A stretch of 64,000 nt of DNA from Pseudomonadota bacterium. Lineage in GTDB: Bacteria > Pseudomonadota > Alphaproteobacteria > Rhizobiales > Amorphaceae. Numbering within the stretch: position 1 is the first letter of the stretch; each line of letters opens with the position of its first letter. Of the stretch, positions 56,514-64,000 are shown piece after piece. The DNA lies in NCBI GenBank assembly GCA_039034015.1, contig JBCCBM010000007.1, forward strand, positions 91,289 to 155,288, read 5' to 3'. The notes beneath the pieces were generated by a model. That model saw only the letters and a program-made list of their open reading frames with translations, did no database searches and had not been told where the DNA came from. Both the position numbers and the translations under genes were made by a program.

Positions 56514-58103
56514 GTGACCATTTTGTCATCCACCCTCGACGCCGCCACCCGCACCAAGAACGGCGCGGACATGGCAGCGCTCACCGATGCCCTTGGCGCA
56601 GCGCTGGCGGAGGCTGCGGCCGGCGGCCCGCCCCGCGCCCGCGAACGGCACGTGGCCCGGGGCAAAATGCTCCCCCGCGCGCGGGTGAACGCGCTGCTCG
56701 ACCCTGGCGCGCCCTTCCTAGAACTTTCGCCATTGGCGGCCAACGGGATGTACGAGGGCGCGATCCACGGGGCGGGGCTCATCACAGGGATTGGCCGTGT
56801 GGAGGGCCGGCTCGTGATGGTGGTGTGCAACGATGCGACCATCAAAGGCGGCACGTACTATCCGATGACGGTGAAAAAGCACCTGCGCGCCCAAGAGATC
56901 GCGCGGGAAAATCGCCTCCCGTGCGTTTACCTCGTGGACTCAGGCGGCGCGAACCTTCCCAACCAGACCGATGTCTTTCCCGACCGGGAGCATTTTGGCC
57001 GGATTTTCTACAACCAGGCGACCATGTCGGCGGCGGGGATTGCGCAGATTGCGGTCGTGATGGGCTCCTGCACCGCGGGGGGCGCCTATGTGCCCGCGAT
57101 GGCCGATGAGGCGATCATCGTGCGCCGCCAGGGCACGATTTTCCTGGGCGGCCCGCCGCTGGTGAAGGCCGCAACAGGGGAGGTGGTGAGCGCGGAGGAC
57201 CTTGGCGGGGCCGACGTCCATGCCCGGCAATCAGGCGTTGCGGACCACTATGCGCTGGATGATGCGCAGGCGCTCGCCCTTGCCCGCCGCGCGGTGCGCA
57301 ACCTGCCGCGCCCCGAGCGGCCGGTGGCTGAGCCCATCGTCTCGCCGCTTTATGATGATATCGACAGCGTCATGCCGGCCGATCTTCGCCAGCAGGTGGA
57401 TGTGCGGCAGATCATTGCCAGGCTCGTGGACGGGTCCGCGTTTGACGAGTTCAAGGCGCTTTATGGCACCACGCTGGTGACCGGCTTTGCCCGGATCTCG
57501 GGCATGACGGTGGGGATTGTCGCCAACAACGGCATCTTGTTTGCCGAAAGTGCCAACAAGGGCGCGCACTTTGTGGAGCTGTGCTGCCAGCGCAAAATCC
57601 CGCTTTTGTTTTTGCAAAATATCACCGGCTTCATGGTCGGCCGGGAGTATGAGGCGGGGGGCATTGCCCGGGCGGGCGCCAAGCTGGTGACGGCGGTGGC
57701 GTGCGCGGCGGTGCCGAAAATCACGCTGATTGTTGGCGGGTCCTATGGGGCGGGCAACTATGGGATGTGCGGCCGGGCGTACGGGCCGCGCTTTTTGTTC
57801 ATGTGGCCCACCGCGCGCATTTCGGTGATGGGCGGGGAGCAGGCGGCCTCGGTGCTTGCCACCGTCAAGCGGGACAATTTTGAGGCCGACGGCAGCACCT
57901 GGTCCACCGAGGATGAGGAGGCGTTTAAGGCCCCGATCCGCGACACGTATGAGCGGGAGGGGCACCCGCTCTATGCCACCGCCCGGCTGTGGGACGATGG
58001 GATCATCACGCCGCGGGACACGCGCCGTGTCCTGTCGCTGGCGCTGGCCGCCAGCCTTCAGGCCCCCATACCCGACACGCGGTTTGGCGTCTTCCGCATG
58101 TAG
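56514..58103 (+). CDS. mccB: methylcrotonoyl-CoA carboxylase beta subunit (carboxyl transferase)
   Basis: [78 protein letters not shown]. Confidence 0.92.
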   Translation: MTILSSTLDAATRTKNGADMAALTDALGAALAEAAAGGPPRARERHVARGKMLPRARVNALLDPGAPFLELSPLAANGMYEGAIHGAGLITGIGRVEGRLVMVVCNDATIKGGTYYPMTVKKHLRAQEIARENRLPCVYLVDSGGANLPNQTDVFPDREHFGRIFYNQATMSAAGIAQIAVVMGSCTAGGAYVPAMADEAIIVRRQGTIFLGGPPLVKAATGEVVSAEDLGGADVHARQSGVADHYALDDAQALALARRAVRNLPRPERPVAEPIVSPLYDDIDSVMPADLRQQVDVRQIIARLVDGSAFDEFKALYGTTLVTGFARISGMTVGIVANNGILFAESANKGAHFVELCCQRKIPLLFLQNITGFMVGREYEAGGIARAGAKLVTAVACAAVPKITLIVGGSYGAGNYGMCGRAYGPRFLFMWPTARISVMGGEQAASVLATVKRDNFEADGSTWSTEDEEAFKAPIRDTYEREGHPLYATARLWDDGIITPRDTRRVLSLALAASLQAPIPDTRFGVFRM

Positions 58104-58106
58104 GCG

Positions 58107-60329
58107 TTAGGCGGCGCGCACCATCTCGATGAACTCGTCGGAGCGGCGCAGGAGGTCGTCGTTCACGCCGGTGAGTTCGGAGGCGGATGTCACGAGGGTG
58201 CGTGCCACCTCCACGTTCTCGTTGGAAACGCCGGCCGCATCGTCGATGGAGGAGGCGGCTTGGCTGACGCCGGCGGCGGCCTCCTGGGCGTTTTGGGAGA
58301 TTTCGGCGGTGGCGGCTTGCTGCTCCTCCGCCGCGGTGGCGATTGAGGAGAAGGTTTCTGTGATCGCCTGGATTGCCACCGACACTTCGCCAACGCCCGT
58401 GGTCACCGTGTCAATGAGCGACAGCACGGTGTTGGAGCGCTGGCGCACCTCCTCGGTGGCGCGGGCGGTCTGCTCGGCAAGGCTCTTCACCTCCTGGGCG
58501 ACCACGGCGAAGGCGCGGCCCGCCTCGCCGGCGCTCGCCGCTTCGATGGTGGCGTTCAGCGCCAAAAGGTTGGTCTTGGAGGCAATCTCGGCGATGGTGC
58601 CGGCCACCTCATTGATCCGCTGGCTGGCCTCGGAGAGGTCGGCCGCGTTTTTGGCAACGCGCGTCGTCTCGTCGGACGCGGCTTGCGCGCGGGTGGTGGA
58701 GGCGGCCATTTGGCTCGCAATCTCGGCGACGGAGGAGGACAGTTGCTCCGCCGCGGCCGCAACGGTCTGAACGTTGCTCGCCGCTTCGCCCACAGCGCCA
58801 GAGCCCTCCGCAAGGCCTGCCCGGGTGCGCTCGGCCGCGCTGGAGATGGCCTCGATCTGCGCCACCATGTGCTTCAGCGTCTTGGCAGCATCCTCCGCCG
58901 ACCCCTTCACCGACGTCTCAAAGGTTGCCAGCTGTTGCACGCTGTCGGTCACAATCTCCCAGGCGAGCATCGTGGAAATGTAGTTGCCCTCCGGGTCCCG
59001 CAGCGGAACGACGTTGAGGTCGAGCCACTCTTTGTCGGCCACGCAAATCCGCGCGCTCCACGGCAGCTTTGAGGGGTCGGCGATGATGTCGCGCTGGTGC
59101 TTTGGGTTCTTGTGGAAGATGTCGATGCTTTGGCCGACCATCTCTTCCACGTGGCAGGGCAGCAGATCGTCGATGCGCTTGAGTGCCGTCTCCGCCGCCT
59201 TGTTCATGTACGTCATGCGCATCTCATCATGGGGGTTGGCCAAGATGATGGGGATCGGCAACTGCTCGATCATCTCCGCGCGGGTGAAGGCCTCCGTCAC
59301 CTTGTGCTTAAGGGTGGCGGTGGCGTTCCACATGCGGCCGATCTCGCCGCCGCCTTCCTGCTTCCAGATGGTGAAGCCGGTGTGGGCGTCCGCCAGCTGG
59401 GACAAACGGTTGGAGAGGACGTTGAGCGGAAGAACGGTTGCGCGAATGAGGAACGTGATCCCGATGGCGCCAAGCAACGCCGTCAACCCCGCACCCCAAA
59501 GAACAGCGCTGGTCACCTGACCCATCACGTCAGCGGTCTGGGCAAACAGATCAGTGGTCTGGGCCTTCACGGCGTCGGCCACCGCATCAAGGTCGGCCAC
59601 CATTTTGGGGCCGATCGCGTCCAGCTGATCGGCGTAGATCACCTGCACATTAGCGGAGAGCAGTGCGACCCGCTCGGCCGCATCGGCCAAGGTCCCGATG
59701 AGGCGGCTGACGTCGGCATACCCGGCAGTTTCGCTCACCAGCACCCGCAAACGGACCGCCGCGCTGCCGTCTGCGGCGAGGCGCCCGCCAAGGGCCGCGT
59801 CAAGCACGATAATCGCATCGCGCACCGCAGCCCCGGCCAAGGTCCGCGGGCCGGGCGAAAAGAGCCCCGCAAGGGTGGCGCGCCCATCCGTCAGGGTCGC
59901 CTCGTTTTCCGCAATCTCGCGCTTGAGGGCGATGGCCTGCGCAAAGGCGGCCCTGTAGGCCGACGCGCTCTCCTGAAGCGCATCCAACGTGGGATGAAGG
60001 GACGAGGGGACGTCGGCGCGGCTGTCGGCAACGGTCGATAGGAGTGTGCCAAGGCTTGTGTCCGTTTGCTCGGCCCAGCCCATATTGTCGGTGTTGGCGC
60101 GGAATTTGAGCGCGCTCACCCGCGCCTGGAGCGCTGACTGTTTGAGGTCCGCCACCAGCGCCACATAGTCTGCGTTGGCGCGGTAATTGCCGAAACTGTT
60201 TTCCAGCTTGTGAAGGCCGATGAAGGTGACGACGCAAAGCCCCACCAACAGCGTCAACAGACCGCCAGAAATCCCGATCAGCTTGGTCTGAATGCTGAGA
60301 TTGTTGAGAAAACCACGTTTGTGTTTCAT
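58107..60329 (-). CDS. methyl-accepting chemotaxis protein: 2 TM, periplasmic helical sensor, HAMP, PAS, MA domain
   Basis: Two TMs, [15 protein letters not shown], signalling domain [37 protein letters not shown]. Confidence 0.95.
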   Translation of the reverse strand: MKHKRGFLNNLSIQTKLIGISGGLLTLLVGLCVVTFIGLHKLENSFGNYRANADYVALVADLKQSALQARVSALKFRANTDNMGWAEQTDTSLGTLLSTVADSRADVPSSLHPTLDALQESASAYRAAFAQAIALKREIAENEATLTDGRATLAGLFSPGPRTLAGAAVRDAIIVLDAALGGRLAADGSAAVRLRVLVSETAGYADVSRLIGTLADAAERVALLSANVQVIYADQLDAIGPKMVADLDAVADAVKAQTTDLFAQTADVMGQVTSAVLWGAGLTALLGAIGITFLIRATVLPLNVLSNRLSQLADAHTGFTIWKQEGGGEIGRMWNATATLKHKVTEAFTRAEMIEQLPIPIILANPHDEMRMTYMNKAAETALKRIDDLLPCHVEEMVGQSIDIFHKNPKHQRDIIADPSKLPWSARICVADKEWLDLNVVPLRDPEGNYISTMLAWEIVTDSVQQLATFETSVKGSAEDAAKTLKHMVAQIEAISSAAERTRAGLAEGSGAVGEAASNVQTVAAAAEQLSSSVAEIASQMAASTTRAQAASDETTRVAKNAADLSEASQRINEVAGTIAEIASKTNLLALNATIEAASAGEAGRAFAVVAQEVKSLAEQTARATEEVRQRSNTVLSLIDTVTTGVGEVSVAIQAITETFSSIATAAEEQQAATAEISQNAQEAAAGVSQAASSIDDAAGVSNENVEVARTLVTSASELTGVNDDLLRRSDEFIEMVRAA

Positions 60330-60377
60330 TACGCGCCCGCCTGTCTTTTCCGGCGGTCCTCACCACCGATGACAGCT

Positions 60378-61325
60378 TTACGGGCGCAAGGGTGCCCCAA
60401 CCTTGCGCTCCGCACGGGTGAGCCCCAACCGCCGCTCCCGCAGGATGACGAAAATGCCCGACGCAATCACGATCGACGCACCCACCATCACCGCAGGCGT
60501 CGGCAGTTCGGCAAACACAAAGTAGCCGACGGCCAGCACCCACAACATGGACGTGTATTCAAACGGGGCAATCAAAGACGCCTCCGCATAGTGGAACGCG
60601 TGGGTGAGAAACAGCTGGCCAAGCCCGCCCAAAATGCCAATCAACAGCAACAGCAGCGCATCTTGCCATGAGGGCATCACCCAGGTGGGGGCGGTCAACA
60701 GCGTGATCGCAGAGCCAGCAATCAGGAAGTAAAGCACGATGGTGATCGTGTTGTCCTTTTGCGCAAGCTGCCGCACGAAGACGGTGGTGAGCGCCATAAA
60801 CGCTGCGGCCCCCAGCGCCAACATCGCGCCTAGCGCCTTCACATCCTTTGTGGGGTCAAACCCCTCCCGCATTTGTGGCCACAGGATGATGAGGACACCA
60901 AACAGCCCCACACCCACCGCCGACCAGCGATAAATCCGCACCGTTTCGCCCAAAATGGTGGCCGCCAAGATCACCATCATCAGTGGCGCGGCGTAAACGA
61001 TCGCCGTCGCCTCCGGGAATGACAGAAACTGGAGCGACGCAAACCACAGCCCCATGGCAAGCATCCCGGAGATGGCGCGCTTAAAGTGCCCGGCATAACT
61101 GTTGGTCTTCAGCGCATCGCCGAGATGACCGGTCATCACCACAACGATGACCACGGGGATGAGGCCGAAGAAATTGCGCGCAAACAACATCTGCCCGACA
61201 GGCATTCCCTGTTCGCCCAAGATTTTGACGATGGTGAGCATGGCGGTGAAGAACATCGCCGAGATGACCTTGCACCCGATGCCAAGGACGGTGGGGTTCG
61301 TGGAGGTGAGGGCAAGTGTTGTCAT
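60378..61325 (-). CDS. DMT/EamA-family transporter
   Basis: About 10 TM, LGETVRIYRWSAV.VG..GVLII, ASLIAPFEYTSMLW. Confidence 0.9.
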   Translation of the reverse strand: MTTLALTSTNPTVLGIGCKVISAMFFTAMLTIVKILGEQGMPVGQMLFARNFFGLIPVVIVVVMTGHLGDALKTNSYAGHFKRAISGMLAMGLWFASLQFLSFPEATAIVYAAPLMMVILAATILGETVRIYRWSAVGVGLFGVLIILWPQMREGFDPTKDVKALGAMLALGAAAFMALTTVFVRQLAQKDNTITIVLYFLIAGSAITLLTAPTWVMPSWQDALLLLLIGILGGLGQLFLTHAFHYAEASLIAPFEYTSMLWVLAVGYFVFAELPTPAVMVGASIVIASGIFVILRERRLGLTRAERKVGAPLRP

Positions 61326-61410
61326 GGGCCAAATGTCTGCCCCTTGGCGTGCCCGCGCAAGGGCAACCTTTGCGTGTCACCCATGCGCTGGGCGCCGGTC
61401 CCCCGCGCTG

Positions 61411-61447
61411 CAAACAAAAACGCCCCCGGGGGGAGACCCCGGGGGCG
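61411..61447 (-). terminator. intrinsic terminator
   Basis: Perfect 11-bp stem cgcccccgggg/ccccgggggcg followed on the minus strand by TTTTTGTTTG. Confidence 0.8.
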
Positions 61448-61474
61448 CTGCAACGCTTAAAATCGCGCGGGTGA

Positions 61475-62458
61475 TCAGTTGAAGGATTCGCTGACCTGAC
61501 GCTCCAGGTCGCCCACCATCTCGTTCACGCCATACTCTTCCGAAAGGCCCTCCACCTCACGCATGAGGCGCGCAAGGGGGCCATCCTGCGGGACGAAGGC
61601 ATCGGCCGGCAGCGCGCGGAGCTTTGCGATGAACTCCTCATAGTCGGCCTGGGCCCAGGTGTCTTCAAGCTTGGCCGGATCGCCGGAGAAGAGGAGCGCT
61701 TTAGAACACATGGCGCGCTCGGTCTTCGTCTCGCCAAGGCCGAACCAAGACAAGTCGTAGGGCGCCTTGCGGTTGAGGTAGAAGTCGGACGAGCCGCGGG
61801 CGACCGCCGGCGACAAGATGCCCATGATGTCCATGTCTTCGTCATAGGCGGCGTTGATCATGCCGTCGGTGGGGTTGGGGTAGGCGTAGAAGACGCCAAC
61901 TGCGCCGCGCGTGCTCTTCACCGTGTTGAGGATCGAGGCCTGGCCGGACGCGTAGGAGAAGTTCGGCTGCGTGCCGGCAAGCGACGGCTCGGCCGCAAAC
62001 ACCTTTCGGATGAACGCCTCAGAGCCCGACCCCTCCGGCACCACGAAGGTGACGCGGCGGGCGTTTTCCATCACCGAACGCCAGTTGGGCAGCCGCGGCT
62101 CGTTGGTGAAGGCCATGGCGCATTCGCCCGGCAGGTCGTTGCGCAGGATGCGGGTTGCCCCGGACTCCACCGCTTCATAGGTGAGGCCGCCCTGGCCGAT
62201 GCCAAAGCAGATGTTGCGCGTTTCATTGGCGCAGGCGTTGGCGTTGGCGACCGCGCCGCCGGAGGGAATGCGCCGCACCTCGTAGCCGAAGGGGCGGGCA
62301 AGCTCCCGCAGCTGTTCCTCAACGGCTTTGCCCATCCCGTTGTGATAGGTGGACCCTTCGCCGGTGGGCGCACCGCCCGTGTAGATGACGATCTCCGTTG
62401 CCTGCGCGGCACCCATGGACGCGGCAAGCACCGTCGCGACGGCCAAAAGTCGTTTCAT
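61475..62458 (-). CDS. secreted solute-binding protein, TAXI-like
   Basis: Signal peptide, IYTGG...GSTY, SGGAVAN, PEGSGSE motifs of the TAXI/NMT1_3 fold. Confidence 0.65.
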   Translation of the reverse strand: MKRLLAVATVLAASMGAAQATEIVIYTGGAPTGEGSTYHNGMGKAVEEQLRELARPFGYEVRRIPSGGAVANANACANETRNICFGIGQGGLTYEAVESGATRILRNDLPGECAMAFTNEPRLPNWRSVMENARRVTFVVPEGSGSEAFIRKVFAAEPSLAGTQPNFSYASGQASILNTVKSTRGAVGVFYAYPNPTDGMINAAYDEDMDIMGILSPAVARGSSDFYLNRKAPYDLSWFGLGETKTERAMCSKALLFSGDPAKLEDTWAQADYEEFIAKLRALPADAFVPQDGPLARLMREVEGLSEEYGVNEMVGDLERQVSESFN

Positions 62459-62558
62459 CGTTATAAATTTCCCTGTTGAGACGGGGCAATGCGCCGCCCT
62501 TCCACCAGACATAAGAAGCCAATCCGCCGGTGAAAAGTGATCGGCCGTGATCGTGCCC

Positions 62559-63839
62559 TCAAAACGCCCCCTCCGGAATGGCCCGCCCCACGAGCCGTTT
62601 GTGCAGGATCCACTGGCCGATGGGCGTGGTGGCGTCGCCTTTTGAAAATTGTGCAATGGTGTTGAAATGAAGCGTCGGCACACCCGCAACGTCCTCCACG
62701 GTGGTGACCTGAAACGCCTCCCAGCGCCGCTCCACCACCTCAAGCTTGCCGTCAAAAACGCGCACATCCGTCCGCTCGCCAGGGCGCACCGGCGCGTTCA
62801 CCACCAGCCGGCGGATGGGGCCGATGCCGTATTGCGGCCGGGCGAGCACCGTGTTGGCAACGGTGGTGAGTGCGCCATCGCCAATGTCATCTGGCAGCGT
62901 GGGCGCCGCCGCCGGGCCAACCCGCGCCACAAGCGCTTCGTAGCGCGCCGCGTTTTCGACAAACCCGTCCCGAAGGCTTGAGAAGCGGGGCCCAAGGTCG
63001 AACGCCACCTCAAGCGTTGCCGCAGCATTCAGCATTTTTAGGGTTTGCGCATCCTTTTCAAAGCCTTGGGCGGCGCCCCCGCGGATCCGATCCTCATGGC
63101 GCAAAGGGTCGAGGGCGGCCCTGCGGGCGGTCTCGTCCACCCCGCGCTGCACCACGCCCTCAAGGCGCCGGGCCATGGACCGGACGCGCTCGTTATAGTC
63201 GCGGATCATGCCGCCGCGCATGGCCGCATAAAGCGTGTTGTCGGAGCGAAAGTGCGGCGCAAGGCGCTCCATAATCGGAAGGTCCGCGGCGAGCGACAGC
63301 TCGGTCTCCTCCCGGTCGCCGATCAGGGCAATGGCCTCGTCCTCAGTGAGGACACCGTCCCGCAGAACATGGTTGGGGTCGGGCAGCGCCATCAGGCCGT
63401 TCCCCATATAGGTCCGGCGAAAACCGTCGAGCGTTGCGCGGGCTTGGGCCTCGCTCATGCCGTAGGGCGTTTGGGGCTCGGCCCGCGGGGCTGGATTGGC
63501 GCCGGTGGCGGTTGCGATGATTTGGCGCGCAATGTCGGCAAGATAACCGTCCACCGCGGCGCGGTCGGCTGGCGACACATCCTCGATGGCGAACAATTGT
63601 GCGCCAAGGGTTTTCAGCTCCTGAATGAGGGCGGTTGCGGCGGGGATGTCGCCGGGCGCAAGCGCATCGGCCTTTGCGCCAAGGGCCGCGCCCTCCAACA
63701 AAAGCCCGGCGAGGGCATGGTTTTGCACCTGCGGCGGCTGTGGCGCCGCGCTCGCCATACTGACGGTGCCGGCCACAATGATGGCGGCGATTGCGCGAAA
63801 GATTCCCTTGGCCACTGTTGTCCCCCATAATTTTGCCAT
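62559..63839 (-). CDS. secreted hypothetical protein
   Basis: Signal-like ...ASAA, helical core, beta-rich C-terminus, host-like codon usage. Confidence 0.72.
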   Translation of the reverse strand: MAKLWGTTVAKGIFRAIAAIIVAGTVSMASAAPQPPQVQNHALAGLLLEGAALGAKADALAPGDIPAATALIQELKTLGAQLFAIEDVSPADRAAVDGYLADIARQIIATATGANPAPRAEPQTPYGMSEAQARATLDGFRRTYMGNGLMALPDPNHVLRDGVLTEDEAIALIGDREETELSLAADLPIMERLAPHFRSDNTLYAAMRGGMIRDYNERVRSMARRLEGVVQRGVDETARRAALDPLRHEDRIRGGAAQGFEKDAQTLKMLNAAATLEVAFDLGPRFSSLRDGFVENAARYEALVARVGPAAAPTLPDDIGDGALTTVANTVLARPQYGIGPIRRLVVNAPVRPGERTDVRVFDGKLEVVERRWEAFQVTTVEDVAGVPTLHFNTIAQFSKGDATTPIGQWILHKRLVGRAIPEGAF

Positions 63840-63887
63840 CCCATCGCCGGGAAACGGATGGTGGGTCAAGACAACGAGGGGCCGCCC

Positions 63888-64000
63888 ATGGAGACCGAGA
63901 AAGACACCCGCGAGGAACGGCTCGCCAAAGCGCTGCGGGCAAACCTTCGCCGGCGCAAGGACGCGGCCAAAACGCGCGACGCGCCCAAAGAGCCACCATC
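63888..64000 (+). CDS. small conserved alphaproteobacterial protein (partial)
   Basis: GAGGGG RBS, METEKDTREERLAKALRANLRRRK. Runs off the right edge. Confidence 0.6.
   Translation, partial: METEKDTREERLAKALRANLRRRKDAAKTRDAPKEPP

Noticed and set aside
1-64000. tRNA, rRNA, transposases, prophage genes
   Set aside because: I recognised no cloverleaf, rRNA, DDE/HUH/recombinase or phage structural signatures by eye. tRNAscan, cmscan and ISEScan would confirm.

Overview
This is a GC-rich chromosomal segment of an alphaproteobacterium. The ctrA/chpT/eipA cluster, the rpoH-rluD and purA neighbourhood and several conserved hypothetical genes point to Hyphomicrobiales (Rhizobiales). Most of it is housekeeping: gshA (partial), rsmE, xseA, prs, pgeF, rluD, rpoH, purA, polA, a class A PBP, yebC, a YmdB-like phosphoesterase, 5-formyl-THF cyclo-ligase and mccB. 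Accessory pieces are scattered through it: (1) a low-GC membrane gene with a SLATT-like 2TM segment followed by a stand-alone AbiTii-like gene, a candidate anti-phage pair; (2) an SDR + polyamine-type ABC + active-site-altered HisD paralog + GNAT cluster split by an antisense GAF-EAL gene; (3) puuD divergent from an OHCU decarboxylase-Ldh_2 fusion; (4) a luxR/luxI cassette with a small divergent ORF, a 16-bp palindrome and a hairpin that hides the luxI RBS; (5) a GT90 glycosyltransferase placed before prs; (6) an orphan NicX-like gene; (7) a membrane chemoreceptor with an Aer2-type PAS domain; (8) an ECF42 sigma-DGPF operon with its promoter; (9) large coiled-coil membrane proteins; (10) long intergenic palindromes. 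I saw no tRNA, rRNA, CRISPR array, transposase or integrase. All family calls come from recognising motifs by eye, with no database search. Start codons were refined by hand from RBS and gene-overlap evidence.
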